Shown here in pieces: positions 8,472 through 15,446 of a stretch of DNA of 40,000 bases. A program made the translations under genes and the position numbers. Position 1 is the stretch's first letter. Every line of letters begins with the position of its first letter. A model generated the notes under the pieces. The model had not been told where the DNA came from. It saw nothing but the letters and a program-made list of their open reading frames with translations, and ran no database searches. The stretch covers positions 1,304,758 to 1,344,757 of the forward strand of contig NZ_LNTB01000001.1 in NCBI RefSeq assembly GCF_001462395.1, in the 5' to 3' direction. Source of the stretch: Pyrodictium occultum (GTDB lineage Archaea; Thermoproteota; Thermoprotei_A; Sulfolobales; Pyrodictiaceae).

Positions 8472-9350
8472 GCGGATCAGCTGCGCCGGCTCCTAGACTA
8501 CCTAAGCATAGAGGTTAGGGAGGCATACCAGGTCTTCGAGGGCAACGTGACGACGGATCAGCCGTACTGTAAGAGGGCTCCTCAGGATGAGTGGCCGCAC
8601 CTCTCCTGGGCCATAGACGGCCACGGGAAGGATATAGCCGAGAAGCTTAAGCACGTCCTGCGGGGCCACGTGCAGAAGGGAATAGACGTCGATGCCGCGG
8701 TGCAGGACATACTCAGCAGAGTCTCCTACGCCACCATAACCCTAGCCTACCGCAACTACACCTACAACGGCACCCTATACCTGGCCCCGGGCAACGGCAC
8801 AGCAATCAACGAGACCCTCCACGAGATAGCCCGCCACCTGGTCCGGGGAAGCGGGATAGTGGTCCACACGCCCTACGCTGACGGTAGAGGCTTCCACCAC
8901 GTAGTGATTGAGGCCGACACGCAGCCCCCAACACTGTTCTTCGACTCCGCGGATTACGGCATAATAGTGGGCAACGGTACGAGCGGCCACAGGCCCGCGT
9001 CCGCTCTCAACTTCACCCTGCGGCTAGACTTCTACGATAGCTCCGGCAACTGGCTGTTCGCCATATGGTGGGACACGATCTACTACAGCTATGCCGGCGG
9101 CCGCTTTAACAACTGGGCCTCGTACGAGTATCTCAGCGTCGCCCGGCCGGTCCTCAAGCTGGGCAACGTTAGGGCCGTGCTCAGCCTGGGTAAGCCCAGC
9201 GCAGTGGTCGCTGTGGACGGGGACTCCTGGCTCTACGATGGAGGCCGGGCGGCGGTCCTGGGCGCCCGGGTGTACTACGAGGCTAGGGAGGGCGTGCTCT
9301 TCGACAGCGTGCCCCTGGTGATCAACGCCAGGGTGGTTGAGACGGGCTAG
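8190..9350 (+). CDS. Secreted TasA-like family protein, large paralog A (subunit fold with a roughly 250-aa inserted domain)
   Basis: Leader MNHRSAALALAALAASAAALALLAGFA followed by TTQSPLSSFYAVG. The N- and C-terminal segments are collinear with the short paralog 11282-11812 (KLELSLENADQL... / LSLGKPSAVVAVD...VLGARVYYEAREGVLFDSVPLVINARVVETG). Many N-x-S/T sequons fall in the inserted region. Confidence 0.8.
   Translation: MNHRSAALALAALAASAAALALLAGFATTQSPLSSFYAVGCAQAPNEPISLQQLGSITIAPASGAEGSLEEPEWLKITRHSDVDYVKLELSLENADQLRRLLDYLSIEVREAYQVFEGNVTTDQPYCKRAPQDEWPHLSWAIDGHGKDIAEKLKHVLRGHVQKGIDVDAAVQDILSRVSYATITLAYRNYTYNGTLYLAPGNGTAINETLHEIARHLVRGSGIVVHTPYADGRGFHHVVIEADTQPPTLFFDSADYGIIVGNGTSGHRPASALNFTLRLDFYDSSGNWLFAIWWDTIYYSYAGGRFNNWASYEYLSVARPVLKLGNVRAVLSLGKPSAVVAVDGDSWLYDGGRAAVLGARVYYEAREGVLFDSVPLVINARVVETG
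9225..9350. repeat. 3' homology block of paralog A, an inverted copy of 35526-35651
   Basis: 126 bp (tcctggctctacgatggaggccgg...gagacgggctag) read identical in both copies up to the stop codon. The flanks diverge immediately after the stop. Confidence 0.85.
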
Positions 9351-9362
9351 CCTCCTGGGCGC

Positions 9363-9857
9363 CTAGCCTCTCTCCACCCCCGCGTCCAGGGTCTCCGTCC
9401 TCGCCGGCCTGAGAATGCATCCACGCAGAAGCTCCGGGAGCTTCTCGAGGACCACCCGCGCCCCGGGGGTTAGGGGCAGCTGGAGGGCCTCCCGGTAGGG
9501 GAAGAACCTGGCATCCGCGGCGTCGCTCCCGCCCCGGGGCTCGCCGCCCCGGTACCTCATCAGCACGTCCATTATGACGTAGTGCTCGGGGCCCACGGGG
9601 CCCATGGCCAGCAGCTCGTGGATATGCACCACCCCCAGGGGCTCTGCGTCCACCCCGGTCTCCTCCATGAGCTCCCTCCGGGCCGCCTCCAGCACGGTCT
9701 CCCCGGGCTCCAGGTGGCCCCCGGGGAAGCTCCAGAGCCCAGGGAAGGGCGGGTAGCGGCGCTTCACGAGGAGCACCCTGAGCCCCGCCCCCTGCCCGAG
9801 GGCCACTATCGCGCCCACGCCCACCACTGGGCCGTGGAGCCCACCCCTCCTGGACAA
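9363..9857 (-). CDS. Nudix hydrolase
   Basis: Complete Nudix box [24 protein letters not shown] (Gx5Ex7REUxEExGU). Confidence 0.85.
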   Translation of the reverse strand: MSRRGGLHGPVVGVGAIVALGQGAGLRVLLVKRRYPPFPGLWSFPGGHLEPGETVLEAARRELMEETGVDAEPLGVVHIHELLAMGPVGPEHYVIMDVLMRYRGGEPRGGSDAADARFFPYREALQLPLTPGARVVLEKLPELLRGCILRPARTETLDAGVERG

Positions 9858-9939
9858 GCCCGGCCGGCACCCCAGGGGTGTGTAAACCGGGGGCCCAGGG
9901 GCTCTTAGACCGTGGCCCCTCGACGCCCCTGGGGCGCCA

Positions 9940-10179
9940 CTACTCCTCGAGGGGCTCGGCCCCCAGCACCTCCCTGGCCACCTCGTCCACCTCCCCGCCG
10001 CGGGCCTCCCTGAACCTCCTCGAGAGCAGCTCCTGGGCCTGCCTGTAGGCCCTCTCCAGCCTCTCGAAGGGTATGTATATCAGCTCCCCGCCGCCCGTCT
10101 CCAGGAAGACCACGAAGCGCCTACGGGGATAGTCGACCGCCACGTGGAGGCACGGCGGCTCCTCGCACTCGTAGCTCAT
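9940..10179 (-). CDS. Small hypothetical protein (79 aa)
   Basis: ORF track only, with plausible codon usage. No family recognised. Confidence 0.45.
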   Translation of the reverse strand: MSYECEEPPCLHVAVDYPRRRFVVFLETGGGELIYIPFERLERAYRQAQELLSRRFREARGGEVDEVAREVLGAEPLEE

Positions 10180-10212
10180 CCGGCCTCCCGGGGGGCTCCC
10201 CCGGGGCCCCGG

Positions 10213-10222
10213 CGCTATAAAC
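10213..10222 (+). promoter_or_regulatory. TATA-box-like element for pyrD
   Basis: gctataaacc is centred about 25 nt upstream of GTG 10242. Confidence 0.45.
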
Positions 10223-10241
10223 CGGGGGCCCGGGGGCGCCG

Positions 10242-11165
10242 GTGTGGGGGTGCCATTTGCCCGTCCTGCGGGTCAGGGCTGCGGGCCTAGAGCTGGAGCA
10301 CCCGGTTATGAATGCAAGCGGCATCCTGGGCTCCAGGCCTGAGGCGCTGGAGAGGCTCGCGCGCGCCGGCTCCGCGGCGCTGGTCACGAAGTCCTTCACC
10401 CGCGAGCCGCGGAGCGGCTACCCGACGCCGATAGCCGTGCCCATCCCCCAGGGCCTGCTCAACGCCGTGGGGCTCTCGAACCCGGGGCTCGAGGCGCTCC
10501 CAGGGCTCCTGGAGAGGATCCGGGGGCTGGGCAAGCCGGTGATCGTCAGCATAGCTGGCTCCACCCCGGAGGAGTTCGCCGAGATAGCGGCCGCTGCCGA
10601 GGAGGCGGGCGCGGCGGCGGTGGAGCTGAACCTCAGCTGCCCCCACGCGAGGGGAAGGGGCCTCGAGATAGGCATGGACCCCGTCGCGGTCAGGGAGGTG
10701 GCCGGCGCCGCCGCCTCCACGGTGACCATACCGGTGCTCGCCAAGCTCGGCGTGGTGGATAGGCTCGTGGAGGTTGCCGGCAAGGCGCTCGAGGCAGGGG
10801 CGAGGGGCCTGGTGCTCATAAACACCATACGGGCCATGGCTATCGACGTCTACGCCATGAAGCCCGTCCTGGGTCACGGCGTGGGCGGGCTCTCGGGCCC
10901 CGCCATCCACCCCGTGGCGGTGCGCGCGGTCTACGAGGTCTACCGGGAGTACAGGACCGACATAATAGGGGTGGGCGGGGTCGAGGACTGGCGCACAGCG
11001 GCGGAGATGATCCTAGCCGGCGCCCGGGCGGTACAGGTTGGCACCGCGGTAATAACCAGAGGCGAGACAGTCATAAGCGAGATAGTACAAGGGCTCCAGA
11101 AGTACCTCCAGGAAGTAGGCGCCACGAGCATCCAAGACGTTGTGGGAGCAGCCCACAAAAACTAG
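10242..11165 (+). CDS. pyrD: Dihydroorotate dehydrogenase (class 1 catalytic subunit)
   Basis: Motifs LELEHPVMNASGILG, LVTKSFT, NAVGLSNPG, ELNLSCPH, LSGPAIHP and IGVGGV, in the order typical of class 1 DHODH. Confidence 0.9.
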   Translation: MWGCHLPVLRVRAAGLELEHPVMNASGILGSRPEALERLARAGSAALVTKSFTREPRSGYPTPIAVPIPQGLLNAVGLSNPGLEALPGLLERIRGLGKPVIVSIAGSTPEEFAEIAAAAEEAGAAAVELNLSCPHARGRGLEIGMDPVAVREVAGAAASTVTIPVLAKLGVVDRLVEVAGKALEAGARGLVLINTIRAMAIDVYAMKPVLGHGVGGLSGPAIHPVAVRAVYEVYREYRTDIIGVGGVEDWRTAAEMILAGARAVQVGTAVITRGETVISEIVQGLQKYLQEVGATSIQDVVGAAHKN

Positions 11166-11242
11166 CACAGCAAAAAGAAGAGCAAGCATAACAGGCATAT
11201 TAACACGCGTAGCATATTACCAGAATGGGTCATGATTAGATA

Positions 11243-11252
11243 GTTTTTATTT
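11243..11252 (+). promoter_or_regulatory. Strong TATA-box-like element upstream of the short TasA-like subunit gene
   Basis: gtttttattt lies within a markedly A/T-rich intergenic region (11166-11281), 30-39 nt upstream of GTG 11282. Confidence 0.55.
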
Positions 11253-11281
11253 CCCCGAAGTCGCCCTCATTTACATGACCC

Positions 11282-11812
11282 GTGAAGGGTCTGGTGAGGC
11301 GTATGAGGTACACGAGCCTGGCTCTAGCCGGCCTCGTCGCCTCGGCTGCCGCCCTCGCCCTGCTAGCAGGCTTCGCCACCACCCAGAGCCCGCTGAGCAG
11401 CTTCTACGCGGTGGGTGGCGCGCAGGCGCCCAACGAGCCCGTCACCATAACCAGCAACCTCAGCGGCATATCGCCCGCCGCCGGCGCGCAGGGCGATGCC
11501 GACATAGGCACTGTGACGGTGAAGGCCGGCAGCAACGTGAACGTTGTGAAGATAAGGGCCACCCTCGCCAACGCCGAGCAGCTGAAGAAGTACTTCGACT
11601 ACCTGGAGATAACCATAGCCAACGACAACGGCGAGGCTAAGGCCATGGTGAGCCTGGAGAAGCCCAGCGCCGTCATAGTGCTCGACCAGAACGACATAGG
11701 CGGTGACAACCAGGCGACGCTGAGCTTCCACGCCTACTACGAGGTCAAGGAGGGCATGCTGTTCGACAGCATGCCGGTGATCTTCAACTTCCAGGTGCTC
11801 AGCACCAGCTAA
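11282..11812 (+). CDS. Short secreted TasA-like family protein (paralog B), candidate major filament subunit
   Basis: 176-aa ORF (alternative start ATG 11303). Leader ...LALAGLVASAAALALLAGFA, then TTQSPLSSFYAVGGAQAPNEP. No Cys, beta-rich appearance, and a hydrophobic C-terminal strand MLFDSMPVIFNFQVLSTS. Confidence 0.8.
   Translation: MKGLVRRMRYTSLALAGLVASAAALALLAGFATTQSPLSSFYAVGGAQAPNEPVTITSNLSGISPAAGAQGDADIGTVTVKAGSNVNVVKIRATLANAEQLKKYFDYLEITIANDNGEAKAMVSLEKPSAVIVLDQNDIGGDNQATLSFHAYYEVKEGMLFDSMPVIFNFQVLSTS
11338..11440. repeat. About 103-bp block shared with paralogs A (8231-8333) and C (reverse strand)
   Basis: cgcctcggctgccgccctcgccctgctagcaggcttcgccaccacccagagcccgctgagcagcttctacgcggtggg...gcgcaggcgcccaacgagccc is identical to copy A except for 2 positions. 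Confidence 0.8.
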
Positions 11813-12113
11813 GGCGCGGGGGCGGCAGCCTCCAGAAGCCAAACCCCATCCTTTTACCCCCTACACTTGGCTCCTAACATTCCTCGCCACTCTCACCTCC
11901 CTTGTGGAGACTCCTGGCCTCTAATCCACATCTCCGTCTTGCCGGACTTCTCCCGAGCTTCCTCGTTTAATGCATATAAATGTGTTAGAGGTCTTTCAAG
12001 CCGTTTCTTATCTACCGGGTTGTCGTGGCGGATGCCGGGCTGGTCGGGGGCCTGGCCGTAGTGCTGAAATATCCCCGGTCCGCTCCATCGCGTTAGTACT
12101 GGGGCCTGCAGAC

Positions 12114-12190
12114 GGGCCCGTAGCTCAGCCCGGCGGAGCGCCCGGCTGATAACCGGGAGGTCGGGGGTTCGAATCCCCCCGGGCCCACCA
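12114..12190 (+). tRNA. tRNA-Ile (anticodon GAU), with encoded CCA
   Basis: Manual cloverleaf: acceptor GGGCCCG/CGGGCCC, D stem GCUC/GAGC, anticodon stem CCCGG/CCGGG with loop CUGAUAA (GAT at 12148-12150), T arm GGGGG-UUCGAAU-CCCCC, discriminator A, then CCA at 12188-12190. Confidence 0.9.
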
Positions 12191-12253
12191 CCTCCTCCGG
12201 CCCCGGAGGGACGGGGCCTGCTGCTCTTCCATCTGGTTCTCCTGCCGGCTCCC

Positions 12254-12283
12254 TCTTTAGGGGCTGGTTCTTTAGGGGCTGGT
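12254..12283. repeat. Perfect 2 x 15-bp tandem duplication (tctttaggggctggt)
   Basis: Read directly at 12254-12268 and 12269-12283, in the spacer between the tRNA and the PGI/PMI gene. Confidence 0.9.
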
Positions 12284-12318
12284 GTCTTCCTTCCCCGCGG
12301 CGCTGTTCTAAGGGGTGC

Positions 12319-13323
12319 GTGGGCGGGATGGCCGGGTTCTACGAGTATTATCTTGGCTGGGCTGGGCCTGCCCGGCGCGCCTATTCCTCTGGGGTGGCGC
12401 TGCAGCTGCCCCAGGGCTATGCCAGGGCCGGGGAGGTGGTGGTCTGTGGCATGGGTGGTAGCGGTGCTGCTGGCGACTATCTCGCCGCCCTGTCGGCCCG
12501 GTATGGCGGGCTCCCGGTCTACGTTGTGAAGTCGGCTGAGCCGCCGGCGTGGGTGCGGGGGAGCCTTGTCTATGCGGTGAGCTTCTCGGGTAACACTAGG
12601 GAGACGCTGAGCTGTGCCTCGCGCGCCTATAGGCTCGGCGGCCTGGTAGTCGCGGTCACCACTGGTGGGAGGCTGGCCTCCTGGGCACGGAGCGTGGGGG
12701 CGCCGGTGGCGCTGGTGGAGGAGGCTCCTGCCCCGCGGGCGGGGTGGCCGCAGCTCTTCTACACGCTGCTGGGCAGCCTGAAGGCGGCTGGGTTGATCCA
12801 GGTGCCCGAGAGCCATGTGGAGGAGTCTCTGCAGCTTCTCGGGGAGCGTGAGAGGGCTGAGGCCGAGGCCGGGGAGCTTGTGGCGTGGCTCCGGGAGAGC
12901 CGGGGGAGGCTGGCGGTTCTGGCGCCAGAGCCCTACTACCCGGTGGCGGTGAGGGCTGTGAGCGAGCTCGCCGAGAATGCTAAGACCTCCGCTGTGGCTA
13001 TGCAGGTGCCGGAGGCGGGGCATAACCTTCTCGAGGCGCTGGCGAGGGATGGTGACTCCAGGCTACTCCTCATAGACCCTGGGGAGGAGCCGTGGAGCAC
13101 TCTCCTCCATGAATTCGCGGGCCTCGCGAGGCCCGCCAGCATACATGTGGCTAGGCTGCAGGGCGGGAGCCCGCTCTCCAGGATGGTGTGGGGCACCTGG
13201 CTGGCGGGCCTGGCCTCTGTCCGCCTAGCGCTGGAGGAGGGCCTGGAGCCGGAGCCAGTGAAGACTATCAAGGCTTTCCGCCGCGTGGTGGAGGAGACTA
13301 GCGGCTGGGATGCCCACAGCTAG
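12319..13323 (+). CDS. Bifunctional phosphoglucose/phosphomannose isomerase (SIS-domain PGI/PMI family)
   Basis: SIS motifs VVCGMGGSGAAGDYL and VSFSGNTRETL. Size and layout match the crenarchaeal PGI/PMI family. The start may be ATG 12328. Confidence 0.8.
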   Translation: MGGMAGFYEYYLGWAGPARRAYSSGVALQLPQGYARAGEVVVCGMGGSGAAGDYLAALSARYGGLPVYVVKSAEPPAWVRGSLVYAVSFSGNTRETLSCASRAYRLGGLVVAVTTGGRLASWARSVGAPVALVEEAPAPRAGWPQLFYTLLGSLKAAGLIQVPESHVEESLQLLGERERAEAEAGELVAWLRESRGRLAVLAPEPYYPVAVRAVSELAENAKTSAVAMQVPEAGHNLLEALARDGDSRLLLIDPGEEPWSTLLHEFAGLARPASIHVARLQGGSPLSRMVWGTWLAGLASVRLALEEGLEPEPVKTIKAFRRVVEETSGWDAHS

Positions 13324-13365
13324 CCCCAGGCCGCCGCGCCCTCCAGGCCCCCGGGATTGCAAGGG

Positions 13366-13379
13366 GTAATTTTTAATAG
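13366..13379 (+). promoter_or_regulatory. TATA-box-like element for the leaderless 13403 gene
   Basis: gtaatttttaatag is centred about 27-30 nt upstream of ATG 13403. Confidence 0.5.
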
Positions 13380-13402
13380 AGCTTGGCCGGCCCGTCCCCG
13401 GC

Positions 13403-13669
13403 ATGGAGGTGGGTGCTATGGCTAGCGAGTACCTCTCCAAGCTGAAGGACCTGATAAAGCCCAAGGCCCAGGAGAAGGGGATAAAGGTGATGGTTGTTGG
13501 CTCGACCATGAAGCTCGTCAAGGACGGCAACACCGTGATGAACATCGCCGACAAGGGCGAGATAGTTGAGCTGAGCTTCAAGGGCAAGAAGTACACCTAC
13601 GACAAGTGGTACACCAAGCCCGAGCACCTCGCGGCGACGATAACCAGGACCCTCGACGTCCAGCTCTAG
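13403..13669 (+). CDS. Small Lys-rich hypothetical protein (88 aa)
   Basis: ORF track. It has a strong upstream TATA and Lys-rich composition (KLKDLIKPKAQEKGIKV..., SFKGKKYTYDKWYTK) that differs from neighbouring genes. No family recognised. Confidence 0.6.
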   Translation: MEVGAMASEYLSKLKDLIKPKAQEKGIKVMVVGSTMKLVKDGNTVMNIADKGEIVELSFKGKKYTYDKWYTKPEHLAATITRTLDVQL

Positions 13670-13755
13670 GATGGGGCCTTGGGCCGCCCTCTGGGCGGAG
13701 CAGCACCGGCCGGTTTTTAGCCCCCGGGGGCAGGGGAGGGCAGAGGACCCTAGGG

Positions 13756-15441
13756 CTACGAGCCCCCGCCGCCCTGGTCCTCGTAGCAGTAGTGCTTCCG
13801 GGCCTCCTCCAGGCTTATCCTCCCCTCGGCTAGGTCGCGCTCGACCAGCTCCCTGGGCCTGGCGCAGGGGTCGCCATAGCCCCCGCCGCCTGGGGTCTCG
13901 ATGTAGATAGTGTCGCCCCTACTCAGCACCAGGGTTGTCTTAGAGGCCAGCTCCAGCCTCTCGCCGCTCCCCCTCACGAGGAGGGCGCGGAAGGGGGCGC
14001 CGGGGCCGCCGCCCTCCAGGCCCCAGGGCCTGGTCCTCGAGCGCTCCGCATACACTGTCGCCACCACCCCATCCTCGAGGACGGTTATCGCGCGTACAAC
14101 CCCCAGGCCGCCCCTCCAGCGGCCCGGGCCCCCGCTCCCTGGCCTCAGCTCGTACCTCCTGAAGCGCAGTGGATACTCCGCCTCCGCCACCTCCACCGGG
14201 GTGTTGAGGGTGTTGGTCATGTTGGTCTGGACCCCGTCGACCCCGTCGCAGCAGGGCCTAGCGCCAGCGCCGCAGCCTATGGTTTCGTAGAACACCCAGC
14301 CTCTCCCGGCGAGTATCAGGTTGCTCATCGTCCCGCAGCTTGCCGCCGGCACCCTGCCCGGGAACGCCTCGGCGAGGGCCCGGAGCACGACGTCCGCTAT
14401 CCTCTGGGAGGTCTCCACGTTGCCCCCGCCGACCGGGGCCGGCGGCCTGGGGTTCACCAGGGTGCCCTCGGGCGCGTGGATCTCGGCGACGCGGTAGAAG
14501 CCGCTGTTCATGGGCATATCGGGGTCGAGCACGGTCTTCAGGGCGTAGGTTGTAGCTGCCACTGTGACCCCGTAGACGGCGTTGAGGGGCTCCTCGACCT
14601 GGGGGCTGGTGCCGGAGAAGTCTACCCTCACCCTTGACCTGGTGACCTCGAGCCGGGCCCGTATCCGGAGCAGCCTGCCGGAGGCGGTCTCGAGGCCGTC
14701 CTCCGCCTCGTAGACTCCCCCGCCGTGCTCCTCCACGAGGCGGGCCAGCACGCTGCGGGTGTAGCGCTCAGTATAGCCGAGTATCTCCCTCCAGGCCTCC
14801 AGCAGCGTGCCGGTGCCGTAGCGGCCCGCGAGCTCCCTTATCCTCTCGGCGCCCCTCCTCAGCGCGGCCAGTTGTGCCATCGCGTCGCCCCTCACCCTCC
14901 CCGGCTCCCTGACGTTGGCCTCCAGGAGCCGGAGCACGTCCCAGCGGACACGGCCCGCCTCCACCAGCTTGACCGGCGGGACCACGAGGCCCTCGTCCCT
15001 GAGGCTCCTGGCCCCGGGGCCTATGCCCCCGGGCACGCAGCCCCCCACGTCCACGTAGTGGGCCTTGCACGCGACGTAGGCCGCCAGCCTCCCGCCGGCG
15101 TGGACGGGCGCCAGCATCATGACGTCGTTGATGTGAGTGCCGGTGAGGTACGGGTCGTTGGACACCACCACGTCCCCGGGGCCGGGCTCGACGCCGAGCC
15201 TCTCCAGCTCCCCGAGCACCGCCCTGGCGCCGACGGGCATGCTGCCCAGGTGGACGGGTATGTGCTCCGCCTGCGCCACCAGCTCGCCCTCGGGGCTGAG
15301 GACCGCGCAGGAGAAGTCCAGCCGGTCCCGTATATTCGGGCTCATTGACGCGTTGCGGAGCACAACCCCCATCTCCTCGGCGGCCGCTATAGCGGCGTGC
15401 CTCACCACCTCCACGGTAACCCGGTCGACCATCCCCGCCAC
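13756..15441 (-). CDS. hyuB: Hydantoinase B / 5-oxoprolinase family protein
   Basis: N-terminus VTVEVVRHAAIAAAEEMGVVLRNASMSPNIRDRLDFSCAVLSPEGELVAQAEHIPVHLGSM is typical of the Hydantoinase_B family. It starts 5 nt after the hyuA stop. Confidence 0.9.
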   Translation of the reverse strand: MAGMVDRVTVEVVRHAAIAAAEEMGVVLRNASMSPNIRDRLDFSCAVLSPEGELVAQAEHIPVHLGSMPVGARAVLGELERLGVEPGPGDVVVSNDPYLTGTHINDVMMLAPVHAGGRLAAYVACKAHYVDVGGCVPGGIGPGARSLRDEGLVVPPVKLVEAGRVRWDVLRLLEANVREPGRVRGDAMAQLAALRRGAERIRELAGRYGTGTLLEAWREILGYTERYTRSVLARLVEEHGGGVYEAEDGLETASGRLLRIRARLEVTRSRVRVDFSGTSPQVEEPLNAVYGVTVAATTYALKTVLDPDMPMNSGFYRVAEIHAPEGTLVNPRPPAPVGGGNVETSQRIADVVLRALAEAFPGRVPAASCGTMSNLILAGRGWVFYETIGCGAGARPCCDGVDGVQTNMTNTLNTPVEVAEAEYPLRFRRYELRPGSGGPGRWRGGLGVVRAITVLEDGVVATVYAERSRTRPWGLEGGGPGAPFRALLVRGSGERLELASKTTLVLSRGDTIYIETPGGGGYGDPCARPRELVERDLAEGRISLEEARKHYCYEDQGGGGS

Positions 15442-15446
15442 CCCTC

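Noticed and set aside
9883-10231. Exact 14-bp direct repeat taaaccgggggccc at 9883-9896 and 10218-10231, flanking the 79-aa ORF; considered as target-site duplication or att sites of a tiny insertion
   Set aside because: A single 14-mer match is within chance expectation for a 40-kb GC-rich window searched against itself. The second copy coincides with the pyrD TATA region. There are no terminal inverted repeats and no mobility gene between the copies.
12114-12320. tRNA-Ile as a possible integration site of a mobile element (tRNA 3' end, nearby 15-bp tandem duplication, unusual upstream spacer)
   Set aside because: No integrase or recombinase gene is nearby and I found no repeated copy of the tRNA 3' end in the window. 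The downstream gene is a housekeeping isomerase. The 2 x 15-bp duplication looks like simple replication slippage.
11893-13023. 376-aa minus-strand ORF spanning the tRNA-Ile gene and the 5' half of the PGI/PMI gene
   Set aside because: It is antisense to a tRNA and to a gene with clear SIS-domain motifs. The Pro/Arg/Gly-rich, low-complexity translation is typical of shadow ORFs in GC-rich DNA.
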